From the IMG/VR virus record IMGVR_UViG_3300000872_000018, positions 1 through 32,265 of that record: 32,265 bases of DNA; one strand, 5' to 3'. The stretch comes from a virus. Its lineage: Duplodnaviria > Caudoviricetes. Made by a program: the position numbers and the translations under genes. Positions 18,932-27,603 of the stretch are shown here, in pieces. A model generated the notes under the pieces. That model ran no database searches, was not told the origin of the DNA, and was given only the letters and a program-made list of their open reading frames with translations. Every line of letters starts with the position of its first letter. Position 1 is the first letter of the stretch.

Positions 18932-19069
18932 AAAACCCCATGATCTGGTGGTCGACTTTAATGCCGCCACCGTATCATGGGGTTTTAGGCCATCGGCGAA
19001 GATACCCCCTAATCGGGGTCAAAAAGGGGGCGAATAAGGGTGACAAAGGGGGTTGACACTAAATTGTCA
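18932..19069 (-). promoter_or_regulatory. Putative late promoter region with an RBS-occluding hairpin and phased repeats
   Basis: 13-bp inverted repeat AAAACCCCATGAT (18932-44) / ATCATGGGGTTTT (18974-86). G-runs start at 19015, 19026, 19038 and 19048. TGACA-N6-TGTCA at 19054-69. Confidence 0.55.
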
Positions 19070-19530
19070 CAAGGCTGAATAGCGGCAGGTAATCACTGCA
19101 TTTAACCGCTATGGATTTCGTGTTATTATCTCAATGTATCACAGATCGAGCCGCCCCCTGATATTTATTACCCCTATTTTTCAGAACTTATTTTCCTGAT
19201 AGGCAATTTAATTCCTATAAAATTCCTGCATCTTGATGCTCTGACTCCTTGGCCTACAATATATTGATTGCACGATTTGTGCATTAGGTATGTAAGTTCA
19301 CTTTCCAACGACACTTCCCTTTCGAAAATTGATTGCGCAATACACGCTTCGGGCATCCCCTTCTGAGTCGATTCCTCCGATCCGACCCTTTTTGCAATCT
19401 CGCTATCCATAAGCTGACAGAAAAGCAATTCGTCCAGGAACATTAATAATCCGGTGGGAAAGGAGGTGATGAAGAAATAACCACTGGGATGTTAGGCAAC
19501 CACCCTTTTACGACAGGAGGTGATTGGAAA

Positions 19531-20187
19531 ATGAAAAAAATGTTAGTAATTAGCGTTGCAACATGGTTTGTTTTAGGCTTCGCGCTGTCGGCCCATGCAT
19601 TGTTAATCGATCGTGGAGGAGGAATGATCTATAGCACTGATATGGATATAACCATTCTTCAGGATGCTAATTATGCCATGACCTCCGGCTATGACGACGA
19701 TGGCTATATGACATGGACGGAGGCCAATAATTGGGTGCAAAATCTAGACTATGGCGGCTATGATGATTGGCGCTTGCCCACCTTTGACCCTGCTTATAAT
19801 CGCGAAGACGTGGCTGTTTACCCTTCGCAGTCGGCGGAATTAAGTGAATTGGCCTATCTCAGGTATGCTGAATTGGAGCCAGATGTCTCAATTATTTCCT
19901 TTGATCCAGCTCCTTTTATCAACTTGGGGGTTTCGGGGGGAGAACAGATGGAGCCCTGGTATTGGTCTGGGACTCTCGACGCGTCATCGCCTGAGCCCGA
20001 CGCATGGCGATTTGACTTCTCGTGTGGCTGATGGGATTCGCCCAGTATAGTCGGTGACTATACAAATTTTGCTTTAGCTGTACGAGATGGTGATGTCGCT
20101 CCCGTCCCTGAACCTACAACAGTGCTTTTACTTGGTACAGGTCTAATTGGTCTTGCCGCATTCGGCCGAAAACGGTTTAGAAAATAA
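19531..20187 (+). CDS. Secreted DUF1566/Lcl-like PEP-CTERM protein with an in-frame TGA (candidate selenoprotein, U167)
   Basis: AGGAGGT RBS and signal peptide ending AHA. MTWTEA...GGYDDWRLPT...YWSGT...AWRFDF motifs. TGT GGC TGA at 20023-31, then in frame WDSPSIVGDYTNFALAVRDGDVAPVPEPTTVLLLGTGLIGLAAFGRKRFRK*. Confidence 0.88.
20029..20070 (+). promoter_or_regulatory. Candidate bacterial SECIS element
   Basis: Perfect 8-bp stem GTATAGTC (20045-52) / GACTATAC (20056-63) with a GGT loop; 21 nt separate the TGA from the loop. Confidence 0.7.
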
Positions 20188-20203
20188 TTTTTTTTACGTA
20201 ATG

Positions 20204-20248
20204 ACATGAAAGGCAGAGCTGGCTTGCTTTGCCTTTCGTGTTTTGTTT
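20204..20248 (+). terminator. Rho-independent terminator of the PEP-CTERM gene
   Basis: ACATGAAAGGCAGAGC / GCTTTGCCTTTCGTGT stem followed by TTTGTTT. Confidence 0.85.
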
Positions 20249-20318
20249 GTGGGTTAATGATTACTCCAACTAGTCTGTAACCTCGTTAACATTGAGATAT
20301 TTGATATCAATCGCATCC

Positions 20319-20567
20319 TTAAAGAGATGATAATTCATGGTCTCGTGGCAATTCGGCCCCGTTCCGGGTATCGATTGTTTTTCCCCTGTTGGCGATAAAA
20401 AACTCCGTCATCCACCGATCTAATGCATCCACGGACGAAAACCAGCGCCCATTGATAAATGTCACCGGAAGTCCGATACGCACTAAAGTGTCGACCACGT
20501 GATCCGTTGTCACGCCAATATGGGCTTTGATGGCCTCCTTGCCGATAAGAATTTTTTTGCTGCTCAA
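20319..20567 (-). CDS. Small Xis/MerR-like winged-helix DNA-binding protein (candidate late regulator)
   Basis: ILIGKEAIKAHIG...GLPVTFINGRWFSSVDALDRW; TTG start overlaps the terminase stop. Confidence 0.65.
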   Translation of the reverse strand: MSSKKILIGKEAIKAHIGVTTDHVVDTLVRIGLPVTFINGRWFSSVDALDRWMTEFFIANRGKTIDTRNGAELPRDHELSSL

Positions 20568-22480
20568 CGTCCCTCCAACCAGCTCGGCCGCTCATACTTC
20601 ACCCGTGGCGGCGGACCCGGAATATTTTTCGGTTTCGGCGCTGGCTTTTCCTCCGGCGGCTTTTCCCAGAACCTCACCTGAAGAATCTCTGCCGCGCAAG
20701 AGCTCAGCACCCCGCAGTCCCAAAGGTGGTTGGGCACGTTCGGCCGGCAGTCCCAGTCGCCCTTCTCGTTGATGAACTCCGCCGTGTAGTGGACCGCATA
20801 GTCCCGCGGCAGGTCCTCGGGCATGCGGATGCTGCCCGGGTCGCCGCCTTTTACCGTGAGGGCCGCCGCGAGCTGGTCTTTGAAATATTTTGTGTTTACG
20901 CGCACGAGCTGCAGCGCACCTGGGATAGGTTTTTTCGTGCCGGGGTAGTATTCGATGCGCGTGTAGGCCAGGGGCTGATTCATGATCTTCTCGCCCTTGG
21001 CCGGCATGATCCTTCCCGGATGGGCGCGGCAGAAATCGTAGACTTCGCCGGTGCGGTGCCCCATGGCATCGATGAGGCCGAAGCGCACCACGTAGCGCGT
21101 GCCGGCGGCATCCTCGTAGGCGTCCGACCACAGCACCCGGGCCAGGGCCGCGAAATTGGGCACGAACCCGCAGCGCACCACCCAGGCGTCGCGCTCCAGC
21201 CCCCAGCCGTTGGCCACGATTTTGAACCAGAAGCCGTTGTCCTGGGTGTCGGCGCCGAAGGTAAGGCAGCTCACCAGGCCGTCGCCGGGAACGCGCCCCA
21301 TGGGCCGTGGCTCGCGCAGGGCCAGGATGGCGTCCTCCTTGCGTTCCTTCTCTCGGATCACCCAGGGCTCAGCCGCATAGCGGTTGAAAAAGTCCTTCAG
21401 GGCCGTCTTGTCCGTCTGCCCTTTGAACCAGGCTGCCATCACCTCGGAGAGGCCCACGAAGGGGCTGTTCCAGCTCGGCAGATGAAAGCCGATGGTCTTG
21501 GGCTTGAAGGCCTCGAGGTAGGCGAACATCTCAACGCCCTTTTCCCGGTGGCGCCACTGCCCGGCGGCCACGGCGCGATCGCGCAGGTGGTCGTCCCATT
21601 GCTCGCCGCAGCCGGCACACGCGTACCAGGCCAGATCCCGGTCCTTGATCTCCTCCGGATCCCTGACGTCCTTGGGCACCCGGACCCGGGCAAGCTCCAT
21701 CCGCTGCCATTTGCCGCACAGGGGACAGCGCACCCAGTAGACGAAAACGGCCCGGCACTTCTTGAGGGCCTGCCAGATAAAGGCGCTCGGCACGGTGGGG
21801 GTCGACGCCCGGATGAACTTGCGCCGGCCGCGAAACACTGTGGCCCGGGCCTCGGCCAGGCCCACCGGCCCGGCCTCCTTTTTGCTGGCGGTCTCGGGAT
21901 ACTTGTCGGTCTCGTCGCAGACCACGTAAGGCAGCGGCTTGTTGGCCAGGCTGGCCGGCGAGCTGGCCCAGCCGAAATAGAGCGCCATGTGCTCCAGGGC
22001 CACCCGGGTGGCCGCCATGTCGTCGGCATAGCCCGTGGCGAACTCCGACAGGCGCCGGGAGCTCGTTATCATGGGCTGGATGCGGTCCCGGCTGTTCTCG
22101 TTGGCCGTCTTCTCATCCGGATAGACGAAAAGCACATCACCCGGGCGCCGGTCGATCAGCCAGCCCACGAAGGTGTTGATGGTTTCCGACTTCGCGCTCT
22201 GGGGCGACCAGCAAAGGTTGACGGTCTCCACGTGCGCCCGCGCCATGGCGTCCAGCACCGGCTGGGCATAAGGCACGGTCTCGTTACGCCAAAGCCCCCG
22301 CCGGCTGCCCTTGGTCACCACCCGGTGCCGCGGCGCCCACTGGCTGGGCTGGATGGGCTTGCGTTTGCGCAGCACCTTGCGCTCCCCGCGGTATGGCCGG
22401 AAGGTATATTCGGTCACATCGCAAAGCTCCGCCGGCAGCCAGCGATCGGAAGTATTTATTGGATGAAGATGTGTGGTCAT
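20564..22480 (-). CDS. Terminase large subunit, lambda GpA family
   Basis: WRNETVPY, SPQSAKSE (Walker A-like), VVCDETDKYP (Walker B), ASTPT, CPLCG, FGADTQ and NHLWDC motifs. Confidence 0.95.
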   Translation of the reverse strand: MTTHLHPINTSDRWLPAELCDVTEYTFRPYRGERKVLRKRKPIQPSQWAPRHRVVTKGSRRGLWRNETVPYAQPVLDAMARAHVETVNLCWSPQSAKSETINTFVGWLIDRRPGDVLFVYPDEKTANENSRDRIQPMITSSRRLSEFATGYADDMAATRVALEHMALYFGWASSPASLANKPLPYVVCDETDKYPETASKKEAGPVGLAEARATVFRGRRKFIRASTPTVPSAFIWQALKKCRAVFVYWVRCPLCGKWQRMELARVRVPKDVRDPEEIKDRDLAWYACAGCGEQWDDHLRDRAVAAGQWRHREKGVEMFAYLEAFKPKTIGFHLPSWNSPFVGLSEVMAAWFKGQTDKTALKDFFNRYAAEPWVIREKERKEDAILALREPRPMGRVPGDGLVSCLTFGADTQDNGFWFKIVANGWGLERDAWVVRCGFVPNFAALARVLWSDAYEDAAGTRYVVRFGLIDAMGHRTGEVYDFCRAHPGRIMPAKGEKIMNQPLAYTRIEYYPGTKKPIPGALQLVRVNTKYFKDQLAAALTVKGGDPGSIRMPEDLPRDYAVHYTAEFINEKGDWDCRPNVPNHLWDCGVLSSCAAEILQVRFWEKPPEEKPAPKPKNIPGPPPRVKYERPSWLEGR

Positions 22481-22749
22481 TATTTTTTCCTGGAACAAAT
22501 ATGATGGGCCTTCTATCCGATTAAGTTTTTTTGGAGATCACAATTGCGGATAACAGTATTTGAAGGACTTTTTCTTTCTAGCAATAACTTATAATAACAT
22601 ATTTTGAAGCTCTTTGATCAACAAAGATGATTATTAGAATTCTTTTTAATTGCCGATATTAATAGAAAAAATTGACATTGAATTTATTTGCCTGTATCAA
22701 TTTAGTCTCTCTTACCGCAACAAAAACCGTAACGAAAAACATAGCCGGC

Positions 22750-23133
22750 ATGAGTATAAATTATTATTTCGAAAACGGGTTGGCGGTCTTCACGGCTGAT
22801 GGTATCTCCCCATACGAGGAATTCATTTCCGTTTTTAATTGCCTATCTCACGACCCCTCTGCGGCTACTCCCCTTAAAATTATTTTCGATACGCGCCATA
22901 CGGATTACGCACCGCCTTCCAATGAAATTAAATCTTTAATCGGACATCTGGGAAAAAACACAATTTACCTGGACAGCCGGTGGGCCATCGTAGCGTATAG
23001 GAATTCTCTTCAGTTTGGCGTAGGCCGCATGTTTGGGAGCTTGGCAGAAAGTCACGGCATTTGCTCTGAGACTTTTTCGGATATCGATGTTGCCCGCTCC
23101 TGGCTACTTCAACCCGAAAACAAGACGGTTTGA
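22750..23133 (+). CDS. STAS/SEC14 (SpoIIAA-like) domain protein, moron 1
   Basis: IIFDTR, RWAIVA, LQFGVGRMF and FSDIDVARSWL motifs; AT-rich; TTGACA at 22672-77 upstream. Confidence 0.75.
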   Translation: MSINYYFENGLAVFTADGISPYEEFISVFNCLSHDPSAATPLKIIFDTRHTDYAPPSNEIKSLIGHLGKNTIYLDSRWAIVAYRNSLQFGVGRMFGSLAESHGICSETFSDIDVARSWLLQPENKTV

Positions 23134-23179
23134 GGTTCCGACTCCAAGCGACCTGCATTTCGCTTGTTCTTTTGAACCC

Positions 23180-23917
23180 CTAACTTCTCTTCTTCTTAAA
23201 CAGCACATGCGCCATGTCCATGGTGGCATAGTCGTTCATCACCAGGTCCTTTTGCGCCAGCATGGCGTCCACCAGGAGCTGCTCCTTTTTCGGGTTGCCG
23301 CCGACGAGCTGGATCCAGGTGGCGGCCTTGGCCCGGATCACGCTCTCGAGCTGGGCGTCCATCCACCCGGCCCGGGCCGCGAACTCGAGCCCCAGGTCCT
23401 TTTTGGGCAGCCACTTGCCCATTTCCTTTTCCATCTCCCAGGCAATCTGGGCGTCCTTGCGCCGTTTGATGGAGATGTCGAGGCGCTTCTCCTCCTGGAC
23501 CAGCGGCCGCAGCTCGGCATCCTGCTTGCCGTCATCAGACGGTTTGAGATTCTCGTAAGCGTAGGCCATAAGCGCGGACTCGCGCACCCGGTTGCCGTCC
23601 GCGGTCTGCAGCAGGCCGTCGGCCGCATCCTTGTAGAGCTTGCTCTTGGAGACCTTCCAGCCCTCCTCCTGGAGATAGGCCAGCGCCGCCATGAGATGCG
23701 GAAACACCTCTTCGTGCGGAAAATATTTCTCGTAGATCCGGTTGACCGCCGCCTCGAGGCCCTGCTTGGCATCCTCCCAGTTCTTGCGCCGGACCGCCGT
23801 GAATTCCGCCTGGTACGCCTCAAGGTTTTCGGTTACCGCCCGCTGCAGCACCTCGATCTCGGCCAGTTCGCCGGACAGGGCCACATCATTCAATTGTGCG
23901 ATCTTCTCTTCCATCAA
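23180..23917 (-). CDS. Putative terminase small subunit (Nu1-like)
   Basis: Central wHTH-like segment (GWKVSKSKLYKD), then coiled coil and EMGKWLPK; nearest same-strand gene upstream of GpA. Confidence 0.55.
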   Translation of the reverse strand: MMEEKIAQLNDVALSGELAEIEVLQRAVTENLEAYQAEFTAVRRKNWEDAKQGLEAAVNRIYEKYFPHEEVFPHLMAALAYLQEEGWKVSKSKLYKDAADGLLQTADGNRVRESALMAYAYENLKPSDDGKQDAELRPLVQEEKRLDISIKRRKDAQIAWEMEKEMGKWLPKKDLGLEFAARAGWMDAQLESVIRAKAATWIQLVGGNPKKEQLLVDAMLAQKDLVMNDYATMDMAHVLFKKKRS

Positions 23918-23933
23918 AACTCCTGACTACGCA

Positions 23934-25430
23934 TCAGCACGAAAAAAAATTCCTGCCGTTCACCTTCGCCGCTTTGTGTTCCAGGATGTGCTCCAGCACT
24001 CCGTCGCCGAGGAAGATCAGGTTGCACAGCTCGCGGGTCAGGGCGGGCCGCTCCTGGAAGTATTCCGGCTCCACCACCCGCACACCGTCGTAGGTAATGA
24101 TCAGGCCGCACGCCGCGTGGGCCCGGTGCTCCCGGTACTTTTCGACACAGACCTGGGGGAATTCCCGCAATAGGGCGCCCACCCTCTGCACATCCGCCGA
24201 TAAGTCCGCCAGGCCGTCCGCCGGATCCGAATTGCGCGGCGGTTGCGCCGCCGGCTGCGCGCCTTCCACCGGCAGCTCAGAATCAGCAGATACATCAACT
24301 GCTGCAGGTACATGCCCTCCCCCTTTCCGCTTCAGATGGTCCATGGCCAGACGCCGCATGGTGACCGCCTCGGGCAGCCCGGCCATGATCCAGCGCCGCA
24401 CGTCCTGGCCGGCCTCGAACATCTCGCCCACATCCTTGGCCCCCACGGCAGGCCAGCGCCGGGCATTGGGAAACGCCGCCCGCCATTTGTCCCAGGCCGC
24501 CTTGCCCGCCCGGTCGAAATCCAGCGCCACCAGGATCACCTGGCAGCCTTCGAGGAAGGCCAGATCCTGGGGCTGGGGCAGGGCCCCACTGGTGCCCGTG
24601 GCGACAACCCCCACGAGATCACCGACCGCTTCGGCTGCGGCCAGGCCGTCGAGTTCGGTCTCCAGCACCACGGCCGCCGGCTGATCGCGGTAAACCGCCG
24701 TGTGAAGCACCGTGGACCCCGGCACCACGTAATATTTGTTCTTGGCCAGGGGCGGCATGTCCGGCGGATGGCGCCGGATCCGGATCTTGCGCAGGCACCC
24801 GCTGGGATCCCGCCATGGGATCACGATGCCCCGGGGCAGCCAGAGTGGCTTCGGCCGCCCGTTGTCCCTGGTCTCTCGCGGCAGGCCCCAGGCCTTGCGG
24901 GCCCGGTAGAGGCACGGCTTGCCGTTCTCCCCGGGGTTCCATCCCAGGCCCCACCGCTCCACAGCAGTGCGTTTCACACCGCGTCGGTCCAAATAGTCCA
25001 GGGCCTCCGGGTTATTGAGAAGCTGCCGGTGGGCCCAGTCCGCGAACTTGCCGGCATGCTCGCGCCACAGGGCCAGATCCCCCTCGGGCACGTTCACCGG
25101 CCGCGGGGCCCAGGCCGGCGGCTGCGGCTTCGGGTCAAACGGCCGCCGCGGCGGGCGCGGCCCCGGATCCCGTCCGCACTTGTCGCAGGCCTCCTGGAAA
25201 CCCAGGCCCATGTAATCCCGGCAGAACTGGATGTTGTCACCGCCGCGATCGCAGTTGCGGCACCACCAGGAACCGGTACCGCCGTTCTGCTCGGGCCACA
25301 CGTGAAAGCCATCCTCCTGGGAGCAGCCCGCCTTGGGGCAGCGGCTCCAGTACTCGGCGCCGCGCTTGCCGCCGCGTTGGGCCAGCCTGGGCTCGATGCC
25401 CATTTCTCGAAGCAGATCCAGGACGTTCAT
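23934..25430 (-). CDS. DNA primase (CHC2 zinc finger + TOPRIM)
   Basis: CPKAGC...FHVW...WWCRNCDRGGD; VLETELD and VALDFDRAG TOPRIM acidic motifs; KDVGE. Confidence 0.88.
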   Translation of the reverse strand: MNVLDLLREMGIEPRLAQRGGKRGAEYWSRCPKAGCSQEDGFHVWPEQNGGTGSWWCRNCDRGGDNIQFCRDYMGLGFQEACDKCGRDPGPRPPRRPFDPKPQPPAWAPRPVNVPEGDLALWREHAGKFADWAHRQLLNNPEALDYLDRRGVKRTAVERWGLGWNPGENGKPCLYRARKAWGLPRETRDNGRPKPLWLPRGIVIPWRDPSGCLRKIRIRRHPPDMPPLAKNKYYVVPGSTVLHTAVYRDQPAAVVLETELDGLAAAEAVGDLVGVVATGTSGALPQPQDLAFLEGCQVILVALDFDRAGKAAWDKWRAAFPNARRWPAVGAKDVGEMFEAGQDVRRWIMAGLPEAVTMRRLAMDHLKRKGGGHVPAAVDVSADSELPVEGAQPAAQPPRNSDPADGLADLSADVQRVGALLREFPQVCVEKYREHRAHAACGLIITYDGVRVVEPEYFQERPALTRELCNLIFLGDGVLEHILEHKAAKVNGRNFFSC

Positions 25431-25442
25431 GGGCGCAATTTC

Positions 25443-25690
25443 CAAAGGTCCTGATGGTCCTAGTATGGTCCTGTCGCGCTTTTAAAGTTATTTCAATTCG
25501 TTAGGACCTTTAGGACCTTTTTACCCCTAAATAAAAAAAGTAAATTGAAAAAAAATTTTATTTATAAAAAGATTTCGGAATCCGGTCCTGATGGTCCTAA
25601 AGGTCCTGCAGCTATCCCTTTTCCGAAGCATTTCGGATAGTTTTAAACCTTCAGGTTGTCAGGACCATGCCAGGACCATTAGGACCTTTG
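25443..25690. repeat. Iteron array, probable replication origin
   Basis: 11 copies of GGTCCT/AGGACC in four clusters around an A/T-rich core (~25520-25575), lying between the helicase and primase genes. Confidence 0.85.
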
Positions 25691-25694
25691 AGTG

Positions 25695-27326
25695 CTACAC
25701 CTTCCGGTCCGGCATGATTTCTTCGATAATTTCTGGATTGGGCTGGATCCCGTAGTACCAATACACCCCGCCCACCTTCTCGGAGCGAAACCGCTCCTTG
25801 AGATAGGTGCCCAGTTTGCGCTGCTTGGGCGGGAAATTCCCCACGTACTGCTTCCACCAGGCGAAGAACATGTCGTAGATCTCCTTGGCCCGGCACATGA
25901 ACTCGGACGCGTCGCCCGTGTCGCAGCAGTAATCCACGAAAGCCCCCATGTTGTCCTCGCTGGCAAAGTAATCCGCCGTCTCCTCCACCACCTTGGGCGG
26001 CGGCGCCAGCCCCTTGCGCTGCCAGGCCAGGCACCCGCGCACCATCCAGGCCAGGATCCCCGAGGCCTCGCACCGCAGTTTTTCGTCGAGGCCGATGTCG
26101 GCCGCGCGCTCGTTGTCGGCCCGGGGCTCCCGGTTGCGGATGAAGCGCAGCTTGAAGGGGATCGAGATCAACCGCTCCCAGAAGGCCGCATCGTTGGTGT
26201 CCGCGTGCGGCCGGAAATTGGAAAGCAGGATCAGGGTGTGGGAAGGCTCGAAGGAAATGTTGTGCTTGTCGTGCGGGTAACGCCCCACCAGGGTGTCCTT
26301 GCCGGTCAGCCATTTGACCTTGCCGCAGGAAACCCGGGCCCCGTCCTCGGGCTCGCTCGCCCAGGCCAGACGAAGGCCCCGCAGCGCCATGATCTCGGGC
26401 GTGGGCGAGTTGGCGCTGGAGGCCTTGTAGGATGCCATCAGCATTTCATTGGGGATCGGTCCTGCCAGGGGCCCCAGCACCGCCTTGATGGTCTCCATGA
26501 TGGTGGACTTGCCGTTGCGGCCGCCGGGCCCGATCAGCGCCGGAAAGATCGCCTCGTAAACGGCCCCGATCAGGGCATAGCCCAGCAGCCGCTGGAGAAA
26601 TTCCACCAGGGTCTCATCCCAGTCGAATATCTCGAGCAGGGTGCGCACCCATATGTCGCAGGGCTCGAAAAGCCCGCGCCACTCGGCATGGGTGGCCTTC
26701 ATCAGGAAATCGTCCGGACGTCCCGGGCGGTCCTGGCCGGTCTTGAGGTCGACCACGCAATTGGGGCAGGCCAAAAGCCACGGCCGGGCATCCAGCTCGT
26801 CACCATAGATGGCCAATGGGTTGAGGCTGGTGTGGGCCCACTTCAGACACTTGTCACGGCGATCGCCGCGCAGGGCCCAGATGCGTTTGTTGATCCTTTC
26901 GCGCAGCTTCTCTTTGGATTTCCGCGCATCCTTCTCATCGATCTCGCGCAGCTCGGACGTCAGCCGGGCCGCCTCGGCCTGGTAGGCTTCGACCACGGCT
27001 TCCACGGCGCCGGCGGCTTCGTCCAGGTTGTCAATTTCCCAGTGATGCCCGGCCCACTTCAACCACTGCTTCATGGCCTTGTTGAAAACGAAGAGGCCCT
27101 GGTGCAGACGCTTGAAGAGTTCACCGTCGCCCATCTCGTTGTGGTTGATGCAGTCCTGGATGAACCGGGAGTCGATGCCGCCCTCGCCGTCACCACCACC
27201 GCCGCCCGGATCCGCACCCTCTTCCCGAACCCGGTCTTCCACCTGGCGGCGGATCTCATCGAGGCTCAAAACGGCGCCGCCGCCGGCCTTTTCAGTCCCG
27301 CCGATCCCTTCAGATCCGCCCGTCAT
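25695..27326 (-). CDS. P4-family/D5-like SF3 helicase
   Basis: D5-N-like WLKWAGHHW...LDARPWLLACPNCVVDLKTG; Walker A GPGGRNGKST; LRGLRLAWASE; VKWLTGKD; FWERLISIPF. Confidence 0.93.
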   Translation of the reverse strand: MTGGSEGIGGTEKAGGGAVLSLDEIRRQVEDRVREEGADPGGGGGDGEGGIDSRFIQDCINHNEMGDGELFKRLHQGLFVFNKAMKQWLKWAGHHWEIDNLDEAAGAVEAVVEAYQAEAARLTSELREIDEKDARKSKEKLRERINKRIWALRGDRRDKCLKWAHTSLNPLAIYGDELDARPWLLACPNCVVDLKTGQDRPGRPDDFLMKATHAEWRGLFEPCDIWVRTLLEIFDWDETLVEFLQRLLGYALIGAVYEAIFPALIGPGGRNGKSTIMETIKAVLGPLAGPIPNEMLMASYKASSANSPTPEIMALRGLRLAWASEPEDGARVSCGKVKWLTGKDTLVGRYPHDKHNISFEPSHTLILLSNFRPHADTNDAAFWERLISIPFKLRFIRNREPRADNERAADIGLDEKLRCEASGILAWMVRGCLAWQRKGLAPPPKVVEETADYFASEDNMGAFVDYCCDTGDASEFMCRAKEIYDMFFAWWKQYVGNFPPKQRKLGTYLKERFRSEKVGGVYWYYGIQPNPEIIEEIMPDRKV

Positions 27327-27603
27327 CGCAACCCCGTTCCATATTCCATTCCATTTTCAAAATTTACCTGGGCCCATCCATCGGGCCCCCCATAACCGTG
27401 TTTTGCAGGTTTCCAGGAAGGACCCGCGGTGTTGATCCGCAGGTTAGGACCTTTGGTTTGAAAGCCTGAAAGGTAAGGAGGCGGGGCGGCGGATCCGGGG
27501 CGGGTGGTTGATAAGGAATTCTGTCTGTTTGGATTCCGTCCAAAGGAGAAGCGGTGCATGGTCAATCCTCGATCGATGGCGCAGTAGAGCCGTTGTGGCT
27601 GCG

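Noticed and set aside
19268-19283. Sigma-54 promoter for the PEP-CTERM gene (TTGCACGATTTGTGCA)
   Set aside because: The invariant -24 GG is absent. It may instead be a TGCAC-N5-GTGCA operator, but support is too weak to call.
19174-19443. 89-aa minus-strand ORF
   Set aside because: No RBS or recognisable motif; it overlaps the likely promoter region of the PEP-CTERM gene.
20029-20031. Genome-wide TGA reassignment as the explanation for the in-frame stop
   Set aside because: TGA is used as a normal stop in many coupled genes here (ATGA and TGATG overlaps).
19531-20187. DUF1566-like gene as a diversity-generating retroelement target
   Set aside because: No reverse transcriptase and no template-repeat copy of the 3' region were seen in the window; a remote DGR cannot be excluded.
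25443-25690. CRISPR array or MITE
   Set aside because: The repeats are 6-9 bp, in both orientations, without unique spacers. No cas genes or target-site duplication were seen, and the position fits an origin.
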